From the human T2T-CHM13v2.0 reference genome, Homo sapiens, in NCBI RefSeq assembly GCF_009914755.1, contig NC_060943.1: DNA of 64,000 nt; one strand, written 5' to 3'. The position numbers were made by a program, and so were the translations under genes. How positions within the stretch are numbered: position 1 is the stretch's first letter; every line of letters begins with the position of its first letter. Positions 33,665 through 64,000 of the stretch are shown piece after piece. The notes beneath the pieces were generated by a model, which ran no database searches, had not been told where the DNA came from, and worked only from the letters and a program-made list of their open reading frames with translations.

Positions 33665-34009
<345 letters not shown>

Positions 34010-34689
34010 GATTGCAGCAATTCACTCACATCTTCAGGCTCCACTTGTAATTCTCTTTCTCTTGTTATCTCCACCACAACTGTGGTTACTTCCTCTGCTA
34101 AGGTCTTGAACCCCTCAAAGTCATTTATGAGGGTTGGAATCAACTTCTTCCAAACTCCTATTAATGCTGCTACTTTTACCTCATCTCAAGAATCATGAAT
34201 GTTCTTAATGGCATCTACAATAGTGAATCCTTTCCAGAAGTTTTCCAATTTACTTTGCTGAGATCCATCAAAGGAATCATGATCTATGGCAGCAACAGGC
34301 TTATAAAATATATTTCTCAAATAATAAGACTTGAAAATCAAAATGACACCCAATCCATGGGATACAGAATAGATGTTGTGTTGGCAGGCATGAAAACAGC
34401 ATTCATTTCCCTGTACATCTCCGTTAGAGCTCTTGGGTGACCAGGTATGTTGTCAATAAGCTGACGTATTTGAAAGGAATCTTTTTTTCTGAGCAGTAGG
34501 TCTCAACAGTGGGATTAAAATACTCAGCAACACATGCAGTAAACAGCTGTGATATCATCCAAGTGTTGTTCCACTTATAGAGCATGGGCAAAGTAGATTT
34601 AGTATAATTCTTAAGAGATGCCCTAGGATTTATGGAATCACAAATCAGCACTGGCTTTTAACAAGAGAGTCAGCCTGTCCTTTGAATGT

Positions 34690-35022
34690 TTCTTTCTTTT
34701 TTTTTTTTTGTGAGATACGGTCTCACTCTGTTGCCCAGACTGGATTGCAGTGGTGTGATCTTGGGCAACTGCAGACTTGACCTCCTTGGCTCAAGTGATC
34801 CTCCCACCTCAGCCTCCTGAGTTGCTGGTACCAGAGGCATGCACCACAATACATAGCTACTTTTTGGTTTGTTTTTTTGTTTGTTTGTTTGTTGTTGTTG
34901 TTTGTAGAGACAGGGTTTCACCATGTTGCCCAGGCTGGTCTCAAACTTCTAAGCTCAAGCAATTTTCCCACCTCAGCCTCCCAGAGTGCTGGGATTACAG
35001 GCATGAGCCACCGTGGCTGGCC
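34690..35022 (-). mobile_element. AluJ-like SINE
   Basis: GCTCAAGTGATCCTCCCACC J-type features. Confidence 0.85.
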
Positions 35023-35982
35023 CCTTTGAAGCTCTGAAGCCAGGCATGGACTTATCCTCTCTATCCAAAGTCCTGGATGGCATTTTCTTCCAATAGAAGG
35101 CTGTTTCATCTACATTGACAATCCATTGTTCAGTATAGCCACCTTCATCAATGATCTTAGCCAGATCTTCTGGATAACTTGCTGCAGCTTCTACAACAGA
35201 ACTTGCAGCTTCATCTTGCACTATTATATCATAGAGATGGCTTCCTTCCTTAAACATCGTGAACCAACCTATGCTAACTTCAGACTTTTCTTCTGTAGCG
35301 TCCTCATCTCTCTCGGCCTTCATAAAATGGAAGATAATTAGGGCCTTGCTATGTATTAGGCTTTGGCTTAAGGGAATGTCGTGGTTGACTTGGTCTTCTA
35401 TCCAGACCACTTAAACTTTCTCCATACCAGCAATAAGGCTTTGTTTTCTTTTTTTAATATTATAGAATTGGTTTATTGTAAAAGCAATTGAAGAATACCA
35501 GTTAAAATCTTATCCCAATGCTACCCAATAGAACCAAGAAGCAGTTAAGCACCTTTTACATTAGGAACAAGGACATAAAACAAGATACCACATAAAGGCT
35601 ATGATTCAAACTCAAAAAGAGAAAGGACTCTTGGGTCTCCTTCAGGTCAATAAAGAGGTTATCATAAGATCAAAGCACTGTGCCAGGTATCACAGTACTG
35701 TTACAACACTGAGGTATAACTGGACAAATTAAAGTTGCAGGGAAATGAAGATCTCCATACTATTGTTTTGTGGGTGTACTTAAGTGATTAAAATTCTAGA
35801 AACAGCTGCCTTTAATGACAGCAAGATGTAAGACAAGTGTTTATTAAAGAGAAGGAAGCTTATAAAGTTCTCTCTCAATGTCCCCCAAATCTTCACAGCC
35901 CCCCAAACTTCCCACCCTCCTCCTAAGCTAAAACTACTCAGCTTTATGATGCAGACTTAATTTATGGCTTACTGGAAAATTA

Positions 35983-36417
<435 letters not shown>

Positions 36418-36972
36418 TCAGCCTATAAACTTATATATAATACAGTGATTGCATTTTTTGAGCACTGGAAGTACTTAAAACTTCTTACTTCCAACTTTTG
36501 CACTCCTCCGAAATGAAGGGCCAAAATACTTAGATTTTGTAATTGGGAGGAAAAGCAATCTGTCTTCTCAAGATGATGCTTTTCATAGCAGCTTTTGCCA
36601 GGGGAAGCGATTTTATATCTGTAATAAATCCTTGAAAATAAGCGCTTATTCTAGAAACATTGGAAGATCCTTAAAACATAGAGGTGCTAGCTGGTACCAT
36701 TTAAATTCACAACCAGCTATTACTTTATAGCTTATATTGAAGAGTTCATTCATGCTCATTATTTTCCTTTAAAAAATATAAAAAATACTCTTTAGAACCC
36801 ATTATTACTCCTGTAGACACATACACTTTTTACAGCATTTCTTTCTGTAAAAATGAAGGTATAATCATGATTATCTCTATTTCTTTGCTAAATTCAACTG
36901 TCAATATACATTTATTAACCTGATCACTTTTCCAGGTAACTCAAGACTTTGTAGTATTCTCTCCAGCGTCTA

Positions 36973-37290
36973 TTTTCTTTTTTCTTTTATTTTCTGTTTT
37001 TCTTTTTAATGGAGACAAAGTCTCGCTCTGTTGCCCAGGCTGGAGTGCTGTGGCGTGATCTTGGCTCACTGCAACTTCCGCCTCCCCAGTTCAAGCAATT
37101 CTCTCCCTCAGCTTCTGGAGTAACTGGGACTACAGGTGCCCACCATCATGCCTGGCTAATTTTTGTATTTTTAATAGAGACAGGGTTTCACCATCTTGGC
37201 CAGGCTGGTCTTGAACTCCTGACCTTGTGATCCACCTGCCTCAGCCTCCCAAAGTGCTGGGATTACAGGCGTGAGCCACTGCGCCTGGCC
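36973..37290 (-). mobile_element. AluS SINE inside the retrocopy
   Basis: Dimer, degenerate TSD CTCCAG.G.C.ATTTT. Confidence 0.88.
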
Positions 37291-38512
37291 CTCCAGGGCC
37301 AATTTTCAGCATATAGAAGTAGGAGTAAGACTTACAAGTAAGAATCATCCTGAAGGCAATTTTTTCATATAGTCTTTAATGTGTTCATCACAAATGAGAA
37401 CTTGAGAACTACAAACTAGAATTTATTTCCAAAACTAAGGCAAAGGTAAACTTCCAGAACTAAATGTAAGTAAACCACTATAAAGCTTATTTCTGTCATG
37501 CACCTTATGAACCTACTCAGTAATTTCCAAACAAGACTCAAATTAGTCCAAGGGAGTCCAAGGGGGAAAATAAAGCCACTTCTGGTTTGCTCTTTTCCAA
37601 TTCATCAGATAATATCTATTGTGTGCCCAGAGGGCATGGAGTACTCCCCTAGGCACTATCCGTAGTAATTAGGGCTTTGTTTTTTTATTATGCATGTTTT
37701 TGCTGGAGTAGCACTTTTAATTTCCTTTGAGAACTTTTTCTTTGCACTTACAACTTGGCTAACTTTGGCACAAGAAGTATAGCTTTCAGCCTAGGTTTTC
37801 AACATGGCCTTCCTCATTAAGCCTAATCGTTTCTTGGTGTTGAGTGAAAGTGAAAGACATGTGTCTTCCTTTAATTTGAACACTAAGAGGCCATTTGAGG
37901 ATTATTCATTGACATAATTTTAATATTTTTGAGTCTCAAGGAAGAGAGAGAGCCAAGGAGAGAGAGAGAGAAATGGCTGGCCAGGGGAGCAGTCAGAACA
38001 CATACAATTTTTATCAATTAACTTTGCCATCGTATAGGGACCTGATTCATGGCCTCCCAAAATAGTTACAACAGTTACCTCAAAGACCACCTATCACAGA
38101 TCACCATAACAGAGTAATAGTAATCGAAAAGTTTGAAGTATTGTAAGAATTACCAAAATGTGACAGAGTCACAAACTGAGCACATGATGATAGAAACGTG
38201 GCACAGATAGACGCTCCACACATGGTTGCCAAAACCTTCAATGTGTGAAAAACACAGTATCTGCAAAGTGTAACAACATGAGTTATGGCTTCACTCAAAA
38301 GAATAAAGGGACAAATCGAGGAAATGAAAGGACCAGTCCATTCCAAGTACAGCAATATCATCAGCACTATCTCACTGGAGTCCTTCAACAACAAAGGCAA
38401 AAAGTATCCTCAACACATTTATATTATAACCTAAATTCCTTTTAAACAGGTTTCGGGGATTTTTAAGGGGCTGGCCCCTTTATTCTTTCCTCTATGTTAA
38501 TTTTTAAATTCC

Positions 38513-38766
38513 TTATTTATTTATTTATTTTTTTTAGATGGAGTTTTGCTCTTCTTGCCCAGGCATAATCTCAGCTCATTGCCTCAGCCTTCCAAGTAGC
38601 TGGGACTACAGGCCCTGTCACCATGCCCAGCTAATTTTGTATGTTTAGTAGAGACAGGGTTTCACCATGTTGGTCAGTCTGGTCTAGAACTCCTGACCTC
38701 AGGTGATCCGCTGGCCTCAACCTCCTGAAGTGCTGGGATTACAGGCATGAGCCACCATGCCTGGCC
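38513..38766 (-). mobile_element. Partial AluS
   Basis: Alu consensus with deletions. Confidence 0.85.
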
Positions 38767-39215
38767 TCTAAATTGCTCTTATGGAGACTCATTTTCATGG
38801 TTAAAATGTCCTGAATTGACTGGGGCTTGTTGGTGGGAGGAGGGATGGAGGAAGCTACTTATGGAAAATGAACAAGGAAGGGAAGCACACCAGAAGCTAG
38901 AAAGTGTCATCAATTTTTACATCAAAGACTCCATGACAAAGAGAAAGTACAAGTAGCCTGTTTTTGTAGCTGACCATTGGACTGCGGACTGCACATGCAG
39001 CTACCAGGTTCTTCTGGATAGTCCCAGTTTTAAATTTTTGACCTGATATTCATGAACATAGTGCTACTGGTCAGACCTTTGTCCAGGTTTAAGCTTCAGA
39101 AAATAAGGTCTTCATGCAGTGGGAGGCCTGGTTAGGATCATGATTCTGCCCTGGGGCATCTGCCACTTCTGACCTGGAGATAAACTTGGCATCTACTATT
39201 TACCTCCACATTTTA

Positions 39216-39479
<264 letters not shown>

Positions 39480-39564
39480 CTAAGGTAATGCCCTGAGCTT
39501 TTCTAGAGATTTGAAAATAATTAATCCTAAAACCCCCAAGCACACTGCTACTGTTTGCTATTTA

Positions 39565-39848
<284 letters not shown>

Positions 39849-40927
39849 TTTTCTACAAGCAAGGGGTTACTTTGTACTGTGAACTGGTGTGAAGGGATCC
39901 ACCATATGTAAGCTTTTGGAGCTGATTTTATTATCTGTGTTGTCCCAAGTGGTGAAGGGAAGATGGCACACCAAAATGGGGGCATTGGTGCCAGTGCATC
40001 AGGTAAATAGGCATCTAAAGCTCTGAGAATAGACTGCTACTATGCATTATAATCAATGCTACAATAACCTTGTAGGTTTCTTTTCATGATACTGCTTGCT
40101 AAGTTTTTTCTGTTTGCTTCACCATATTTTGAACAATTTTCTATTAAATTAGGATATTTTAAAAGTTTGCCTTTTCAATGTCTTATTTAGATAAATTCTG
40201 TAGTTCCAAAGTTATATATTTTCAAAGCCTGATGCCTTTGATGTTTGATGATGTTAACAATATACTATTTTCAAAGCCAGTTTGTTATTTCTACACTGAT
40301 ATTGGGAAAAGAATAAAGTGATGAAGTCAACAGGTGTTATTAAAAATGTGAATAACAGGTAAACGTTTTGTTATTTGTTTTGTTTTGTCTTTGAAGTATT
40401 TCACAGACTAGATTTGAAGGTTTATGAAGGATGGGGCAAAATTATCTAAGGAAAGTTGCATCCTATGACCTCAGGCTGACTTCAAGTAAGAGTGGATTTG
40501 TTAAAGGCATTGTCTTTCTTGGACTATTTGCATCTTTGTAGAGGAGCCTGGAGAGGCAGTATAGAAGGATTGTTTTAGATGTTGGATCTCTGTAACCTCC
40601 ATTTACGTTTTCTTGAGCCATTGTCATTTGGGGAAAAGCATGAAAAAGAAAAGATCATTATAATGCTACTGTAATGCACATCACATAGAATTGCAATGAT
40701 TTGTTGATTGTTCATTCCAGGCCAAGAACAGTGAGTTTCTCCAGCCAAAGGCCTTGTATTTATTGATCTTTCTGTCCCACAGGCCTAAAACAGTGGTTGG
40801 CCCATGGACAGTTTAATAAATGTTTGCTGACTAATATGTAGCATATCTAAAACCTTTTCCATGGCCTTGTCTCTGGAGATTAAGATTTTCCAGCATTTGT
40901 ACATAAAAGATGTTGATGCATAACTGT

Positions 40928-41166
40928 AGGTGAAAGGCACTTCTTACATGGCAGTGGCAAGAGAAAATGAGGAGGAAGCCAAGGCAGAAACCCCTGATAA
41001 ACCCATCAGATCTCATGAGACTTATTCACTATCATGAGAATAGCACAGGAAAGACTGGCCCCCATGATTCAACTACCTCACCCTGGGTCCCTCCCACAAC
41101 ATATGGGAATTCTGGGAGATAGAATTCAAGCTGAGATTTGGGTGGGGACACAGCCAAACCATATCA
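40928..41166 (-). mobile_element. THE1 (THE1D-like) MaLR LTR fragment
   Basis: CCATCAGATCTCATGAGACTTATTCACTATCATGAGAA...GGGGACACAGCCAAACCATATCA. Confidence 0.85.
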
Positions 41167-41736
41167 CCAAATATGGAGAGACTGGATCAACAAGATCATC
41201 TCAAACTAATACAGGAGGTGAGAGTTTAAATTAGAACAACCACTTTGGAAAACAATAGGATTATCTTATAAAGTTGAGCATTCTCATATGTTATGGCACA
41301 GTAATTCCTCTACCAAAGGCCCTGGAGAAACTCTTGCCCATGTGTACCCGAAGTAGTAAAAAAAGAAAATAAATGCTCATGTAATGCCATTCATAATAGC
41401 AAAAATCTGGAAATAAGCCAAAAGTTCATTAATACTAGAATGGGTACATTAATAGGAGAATGGGTAAATAAATTATACCCTTAAAAACTGAATAATATGT
41501 TATTTATGGCAATCATATATATGCAATAAAACAATTTTTTTAAAGGAATGGAATCCTAAATATAAATTCAGGGTAGTAGTTACCGCTGGGGCTGAAAGGT
41601 GTGAATCAGGAAAAAAAGACAGAGGAAGAGCAGATGTTAGGATCAGAACCTAGTTCTTGGGTTGTGTGGTGGGTTCACAAGTGATTACCATGTTGTTCAA
41701 ATACATTCAAATACATTTACATACAGGCCAAGGCAC

Positions 41737-42189
41737 AGGCAAGGATGAAATAGGAGCCAAGGTATGCTATGAGCCAAGGATTATGATTGATCCAATTTTG
41801 TGCACTTTAAGCCATTTGAAAAACAGAAAAGCAAAACAACAAAATAATTTTTAAGAAATTGAATATAAGGTGCTAATTTTTAAGAAATTGAATATAGGCA
41901 AGGATGAAATAGGAGCCAAGGTATGCTATGAGCCAAGGATTATGATTTATCCAATTTTGTGCACTTTAGGCCATTTGAAAAACAGAAAAGCAAAACAAAA
42001 TAATTTTTAAGAAATTGAATATAGGGTGCTAACTTTTAAGAAATTGAATATAGGCAAGGATGAAATAGGAGCCAATGTATGCTATGAGCCAACGATTATG
42101 ATTTATCCAATTTTGTGCACTTTAAGCCATTTGAAAAACAGAAAAGCAAAACAACAAAATAATTTTTAAGAAATTGAATATAGGGTGCT
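41737..42189 (+). repeat. Tandem triplication of a ~158-bp unit
   Basis: AGGCAAGGATGAAATAGGAGCCAA at 41737, 41896 and 42052 (periods 159, 156); nested short repeat TAATTTTTAAGAAATTGAATATA. Confidence 0.93.
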
Positions 42190-42561
42190 ATGGTCTGAAT
42201 GTGTCTCCCTAAAACTCATCACCAATGTCATAGTATTAGGAAGTAGGGCCTTTAGGAAGTAATTCAGTCATGAAGGGAGAGTCTTCATCAATGGGTTACA
42301 CAAAGACTGGAGGGAGTGGGCTTCCCCTGTTTTGCCCTTCCTCCTTCTGCCATGTGAGGACACAGTGCATCCCCTCCTGAAGACACAGTGCACAAGGCAT
42401 TATCTTAGATGCAGAGACCAGGCCCTCACCAGACACCAATCCTAGTGGCACCTTGATCTTGGACTTCCAGCCTATGGAACTTTGAGAAATACATTTCTGT
42501 TCTTCATAAATTACACAGTCTAGTGTATTTTGTTATATAGTAGCACAAACGCACTAAGGCA
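42185..42561 (+). mobile_element. MLT1A-like MaLR LTR
   Basis: TGCTATGGTCTGAATG start, CCTTGATCTTGGACTTCCAGCC, ends ACTAAGGCA. Confidence 0.8.
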
Positions 42562-43685
42562 TAGTGCCTCGTCATTTTCTTCTAGAATTTTCTTTGTTGC
42601 CTGTCTAGCAGTGTGCCATTTTATATTTGATCCTTCGTAATATCTCTTACTTTTGGATTTTTACATTTCTGTTGCAAGTGTATTCTTAGGTACATGTTTT
42701 TCACTATTTGTTAGTGTCCAGGTCAGAAAGTCCAGAATACATTCTCTTAAGGGTTCAGTTTCTGCAGCAACGTAAGTATTAATGCCTCCTGTGAACTAGG
42801 TATTTCCTTTCCAATTGTAACTGCCATCTGGAAGCGAATTGGAATTACAGTCTATGAGTGTGGGATTGATTTTTAATGTATCTGGGTTATGGTTAAATGC
42901 TGGTTTTTAATCACACAGATTCATCGATGGCTTGGCACACTAGAGCATCACTTGCTAGTTATCTCTATATTTTTCCATGCTGTTAGAGAGGGAAAGTACA
43001 GACTGTGAAGTTGGACCAGCTGTCATACACACAACATTTGGGGAGCTTTGATTTTTTTAAAACCTTTAGCTGCTTAACTGTCACATGTAGCAGCTCAGGT
43101 GAAAGGCACTTTTATTGTGGGGACTTTCCCTTAGTGCTCTGTGGTGCAAAAGAGCAGACCTATGTAGAAGCATTTAAGTATTTTGTGCATCAACAGGACA
43201 ATTATAGGAAAAAATTTTTTAAATATAATTTTATTTCATTTTCTGCATTACTTAGAAGCATCAGTAGGATGAAAACAATATTTGTTTCTTAAACCTGTGC
43301 ACAAATTAATTGATGTGACACACATTAATTCATGATTATTTTCTTAATGAATTGATTCTAAAGCTTCTCTAAGATAGGAAGGCATAAGACAACCAAAAAG
43401 AAATATTGATTTATAACTGTTCTAATACTGCTCAGCATTTTTAAAGTACACTATAGCCAGAAAGCATGTTATAATTACTAATAAGATAATCCACAGAATG
43501 CCTTGCTGAGCCAGGTAGGTGTAGAAGAAATAAATTGTTTCATATTGGAGGAAAGTGAACACTATAAATCAATATACTAGTGTGAAATTTTGCATGGCTA
43601 CATGCTATCATCACCAGCATCACAAATGACTTAAGGAATTCCTCAGATGAGAGTGGACTCCTATTGGTGGCCACAATGTCACACT

Positions 43686-49499
<5,814 letters not shown>

Positions 49500-50093
49500 G
49501 AACAAATTTTTATTGTATCTTTTAGTCTATGAAGACAAAACCACAGTGACAGTAACTAGGTCAAGGCATTGTATTCAGAGAGCGTCAGCCTTGGTCTTTG
49601 AGAGTGAGTCCTTTTTACCACACTGTTAAGACTCACTGAGCAGATGGGAAATTTCAGGTGGAACATGCAGTGAATAGCAAACACGGTGGAGGGTGCTCAC
49701 TGTCATGTGCTGCCATGCCTGCCATGGTCAACAGACCTGTCTTGTCCTTGACAACAGGCAGGTTGATAAACATTTTCTTGGAGAGTTTCTTGATTCTTCT
49801 CAGTTGTAGCAGGATGGACTGACTTAGAGGAGCTCAGGAAGATTGTTATACAACACAGAAACACAAGATGAATTGTACTCCTCAGCAAGCCTAAGTTAGA
49901 GCAGCAGGTCCTTGAAGCCTCAGCCACTCCTGGGACATAGCATAATGCCCCTAATGATTTGAAATTTAGTGGAGAGTGGGTTGCTACTCCCTGTGTCCAG
50001 GAACAAAAAGAGACATAAAGAGCAAAAAGTTATAAAATAAGTGGGACTAATATCTGCTTATTTTGGGAGGTAGGGATTTAAGATACAAGAATT

Positions 50094-56251
<6,158 letters not shown>

Positions 56252-58039
56252 CACTTTTACCAGAAGGTGGTAAAAGTAAGAGAAGAATAAAATTTTGGAC
56301 ATGTAAAATTCATGTCTTCTATAGAGTAACTGGGTAAAGATATCCATCAGACTGTTATATATGCTCTTCAGGAGCTCAAGTAGGGATTGTATTGCAAATG
56401 AGTAATTTGATATTTATCAGTGTACAATGATGACTGAAACCATTATAGCCATTGCAGTGTGGTGTGATAATTCACTGATGCTATGCGGAACAGGATATCA
56501 AGCAGGTTTTGGGGACAAGTACCAGTTAAGAAACAAGCAAAGAAAAGAATTCATAAGTGGAAAATTGTTTTTAAGTGATAATTATAATTAGCATCATGAG
56601 AAAACAATATGATGAAGCCAAGGAAAATATTTAAGATGTCTTTTTATAAAAGAGCCATGATGAGCAGATTTTAACTTTGCCTCTCATAAAACCAATTAAA
56701 AAAACTTAATTTTCAAAGGAATGTAAAAATAAGGGAAAATATCTTAATTTGGGATAGAAATAAGAAATTGAGGCATCCACATATCCCATATTTTGAGGAC
56801 TTTCTTACAGAAACAATACACGTAAGATGAGACGGAAATCACCAAGACTTGGGTCATGAGTTTCTGAGGAAGAAATGAGGCAAACGTTAATTCAACGTTT
56901 AATGGTGACAATCATTGCTCTGAGCAACTTAACAACTCTTTAATTCTCAAAAAACTTTCATCTATGTGTTTAGCCTCACTTTTAGGTCATAAAACTGAGG
57001 AACTGACAATTTCAGTAACTATAATTTGCGCATGTCACACAGAAAGTAGTGGAATGAGAATTGAAATCTACATCTTATAACCTCTAAAATATTTGCTTTT
57101 AACCTCTACACTGTTAGAAGTAACTAACTGGACACATGGACAGAATAGTTGTGTGTTTGTTTTCTCCTCAGATGTGGAGAATCATGTAAGTAAAGGAATG
57201 AGGCAGTAAAGAAAGAACTGTGTAATATATTTAAGTGTAAGTATTAACTAGTGGGGAAGGGTTCTAGAAGTCATAGGAAAGATGGGATGAAAAACAGAAA
57301 AGACATTATATTTAAGAGGAGGAACATCTCATTTTTTGAGACCAGAGTAAAGAAGATATGGAGAGGGCTGTGGACCACAAGTTTAAAACTTTGCCAAAGT
57401 ATTTTACTTCGTGTCCATGAAAATCTTTTATTTTCCTCTGAGAAATTAATAGGCTTTTTTATGAAAGACAGTGCAAACTATATAATGAATTTTGTTAATT
57501 TTAGTTTTATGTCCTAATTTGTTTTTCCTATGAAGGCCAGATTCAAATTTGAAGCTTAATTCTTAATGAACTTATTTCTGTATATTTCTAATTGAAAGTT
57601 TCTCCTTAATCACTTATGTTTTCCTAATTTTGATCCACTTAGGGTTTTCCATCTTTTGTTGAGATTATTGTTATCTACTTTTCCTGCCTTATAGAATAAG
57701 ATAATAAAATAAATACATCATTTAAAACTCACGTAGGACTTCATCATTTCTTCTTCCTGGGAGACAGCAGAATCCTGAGATGGCCAAGGTAGGGGATGGG
57801 TGAAAAAATAAGCCATCAAAAACCCCACTTGCTTAGCAGCTCTAGGAAAGGCAGACTAGGAATCTCCAGTTAGTTAAGATCATCTGGAGGAACTTTGTGG
57901 GGAAATAATCTTAAAGTCTATCAAAAAGCCAAGAATAACTACACTGTTTGCAGGCACCAATATGTACAAGCATGACTGACGAAATCCTATGGAGCTTCAA
58001 TATGGATTTTTAAACATTATTTCTAAATTAAAAGTATAA

Positions 58040-59640
58040 TTCAGAAGATATTTTTAAGCTAGCTGCATACTTCATTCTTCGATCTATCCATCCATCCATC
58101 CATCCATCCAATCACAAACTTACAGAAAGTTGCAAGTATAGCACCAGGAACTTTCTTGTTACTGAACCATTTGAAAGTAAATTGTTGACCTAATGCTACA
58201 TCACCCCTGAAACAGGAATTAAAAGAAATTAAAGAGTGTGTAAGCAAAAACTCAATTGTATGTGAGAAAACCCAATTCCCCCTGAGAAACAGAAAGAGCT
58301 GGAGTCCTTTAAAAAATTAACTGCCTGTTTTTCTGTGGCTAGTGAGCTTTATCTCTCCCTTTCCCAGGCATTGTGAAGACCCGGTTTCCCTAGCTGTGCA
58401 GCTGCAAGGTCACTAGACAGATAAACTCAAGTCGCAAAACATGTTTTTCCTTGAAAAGTAAGAAATGATGTAATGCATGTCTCACTTGAATAAGTGCCTT
58501 TGTTTCTCGCTTCTGTAGTATGCTTCCCCCTGCATAGATCTCCCCCCTCCCCCGCCTACCCCCACCCGACGAAATGCCTAAAAGGTAATTTAACTCTTTG
58601 TTCAGGGCTCAGTCCTTTAGATGTTAATCTGACTGTGCAGTTAAATAATTAATAAATATCATATCCTCCTGAACCCCATCAGTCGCTCTAATTCCTTAAA
58701 GATCCCACAACATCCCTCAAAATGCTGCGTATTTCCTACAAAAAGGACATGCCCCTACCTACATAACCACAATCCAATTACCAAAATAAAGAAATTAACA
58801 TTTATTTGTTATGACCATCGATATCAGATTCAAGTGTTGCCAATTGTGCCATTAACTGGATAGCATGAAAGGAACAAATTTAGAATCATGCATTGCCTTT
58901 AGATGTCATGTCTCTTTAATCTCCTTTAGTCTGATACAGTTTCTCAGTCTTGCCCTTTTATAACCTTGACACTTTTTATTATTATAAGCCAGTCTGAAGA
59001 ATTTCCTTCCAATTTGGTTTTCTCTGATGTTTCCTCATGATAAGGTTCCGAGTTGTAGAAAGAATGCCACAAAAGTGATGCATGCTCCTATCAGGGGCAC
59101 ATGATGACATTCTATCCTATTACTGGTAATACTCCTTGATGAAAGAGCATTACATCTTAATCACTAAGATATACCAGCCAGGCTTCTCTACTGTAAAATT
59201 ACTCTTTTTTTCCTTTGTAATTAGTAAAGATTTTATGGGGAGGTACTCTGAGACTATGTAAACACACCATTCTTCATCAAACTTTCAATTTATTAATTTA
59301 TGTCAGTATAGACTTGTGATTTCCTATTTCATTCAGAGGTTTGTAATCTATTATTACTTATTTTAATGACCAGTTTGCTCCAGATTTGGCAAGTGGGAGC
59401 CCCTCCTGTGTGGGTTTTGCGGCCTTTAACAGGTTCCTATCATTCTTTGAGCGCCCCTTACTTACACATATAAAAGATGTTCCAGGCTCATCTTGTATTT
59501 GCTGTGCCCAACACTGGAATCAATCATTTCTTCAAAGAACGCAGATTTTTATCAGAGGAAATAATAATAGTAGTAAAATATATATTTTATGTGTGTATTT
59601 ATGTATATGAAACATATTTGATCAGTCCCCCCTAGAAGAA
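58040..59640 (-). mobile_element. Old L1MC-like 3' fragments hosting an LTR
   Basis: GGGAGGTACTCTGAGACTATGTAAA, CCAGATTTGGCAAGTGGGAGCCCC motifs. Confidence 0.6.
58208..58712 (+). mobile_element. LTR15-like ERV1 solo LTR
   Basis: TGAAACAGGAATTAAAAGAAATTAAAGA start, ...CCCACAACA end, AATAAA, TSD CCCC/TCCC. Confidence 0.75.
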
Positions 59641-59821
59641 GCCACTATCCCATTACTGCCGCCATACTCTCCCTGGATAGATACCTCCTCATTGTGCTCA
59701 AGCTACAGTGCAGTGCTTTAGGCCTAAGTAACTGCACCGGCATGTATGCCTAGCTTGCTCAGCCCCTAATGGATTTAGGATTACAGTATTAGGAAGAGAA
59801 GGGAAAATGAAGAATCTTTCC

Positions 59822-60412
59822 TGTTGGGGTGATCAGACCCAACACCAGGTCGTGGGGGTGACAAAGTCCGGCGGAGTCAAAGGATTGAGAAAAAGACAGT
59901 TTGAGAGAGAAAAGTGGGACCGGACCCAGGGGGCCATCACAATCGTAGAGGCTGCGAAGGCCCGAGCTCTGGGAGCCCATGCTATTTATTGGTAATCCAA
60001 CAAAGAAACAGGTGGTGAGAATGTGGAGGTCAAAAGGGCACATTGCATTAAGTACATGATTTACAGCTGTGATGGTTTAGCATTTGCTCTACTTGAGATA
60101 ATGGAGAGCAGATTCTTTTAACTCAAGATACAATCAATCCTGGGAGAGCAAGGAGCAAGGAGCCAGCAAGTCTAGACACATTCCAGAGCCATGAGCCCTG
60201 GATTCTATCCAAGCCACAAGGGATTTTATGCCCTGGGCTTATATTATGGTGCATCAGGGTAGGCTTCCACCCTTTAGCATAGAGCTTGGTGTTCCAAAGG
60301 CCACAAGGGGTTTTAGACCCTGGACCCCGGACATGTTCCAAGACTCTTTTACATTATGTCAGACATGCAAGCCCTGCCTCAGCTTCTCCTAACACTCAGC
60401 TTTTTCCCAACA
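59822..60412 (-). mobile_element. LTR14B-like HERV-K(HML-1) solo LTR
   Basis: TG...CA termini; reverse strand begins TGTTGGGAAAAAGCTGAGTGTT; 6-bp TSD CTTTCC/CCTTCC. Confidence 0.75.
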
Positions 60413-60791
60413 CCTTCCCAGCTGGATCAGAGAGATGCAATGTTTGAAGGACTTGACCCTCTATTGCTGGCTTTTGAGATGGAGGAAGGGGGCCGTGAGC
60501 CAAGGAATGTGGCAGCCTCTTGAAGCTGGGAATGGCCCTTGGCTTACAGCCAGCAAGCAAATGGAGACATTGGACTTACAGATGCAAGAAACTGAATTCT
60601 GCCTATTAACCTAAATGAGTAGGAAGCAGATTCTCCCTAGAGCCTCTAGAAAATAATGCAGCATTGCTGCCACTTTAAATTTAGTTCAGTGAGGTCTGAA
60701 CTTCTTGACCTACAGAACTAAAAGCTAATAAATTTGTGTTGTTTTAAGTCACTAAATTTGTGGTAATTTGATACAAGAAAATACTCGTACA
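60413..60791 (+). mobile_element. MLT1D/E-like MaLR LTR
   Basis: GAGCCAAGGAATGTGGCAGCCTCT, AATAAATTTGTGTTGTTTTAAG. Confidence 0.7.

Positions 60792-64000
<3,209 letters not shown>

Noticed and set aside
38747-38956. 69-aa ATG-initiated ORF
   Set aside because: Starts inside an Alu end; no homology, promoter or splice support.
41737-42189. CRISPR-like array
   Set aside because: Sequences between the short repeats are themselves near-identical, there are no cas genes, and the context is primate.

Overview
Primate (very probably human or great-ape) repeat-rich genomic DNA with no intact protein-coding gene, no RNA gene and no CRISPR or prokaryotic system. The main structure is two same-orientation clusters of a GC/CpG-rich ~2.3-2.5 kb macrosatellite that I recognise as SST1/MER22/NBL2-type: 2544-~11730 (three young monomers, rearranged fragments, an inverted piece and one old diverged monomer) and 50358-~56251 (one 1.38-kb deleted monomer, one full and one truncated monomer). 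Between and around them are a HERV-K(HML-2) solo LTR nested in an Alu nested in an older LTR, a decayed C2H2 zinc-finger pseudogene exon, a Tigger1 carrying a 3'UTR-only retrocopy, a dead full-length L1PA3/4-type element, about 30 Alus and older LTR/L1M fragments. The best candidate for an under-described system is the satellite monomer itself. Each copy repeats a promoter core (YY1-like, ETS, CCAAT, NRF1 motifs), a GTGAGT splice donor, a microsatellite intron, an acceptor and a G-quadruplex motif. Each cluster also has a young retroelement promoter directly upstream pointing into it, and three rearrangement breakpoints fall at the same phase of the monomer. Repeat subfamily and gene names come from recall of consensus sequences, not from database searches; boundaries of old repeats are approximate.
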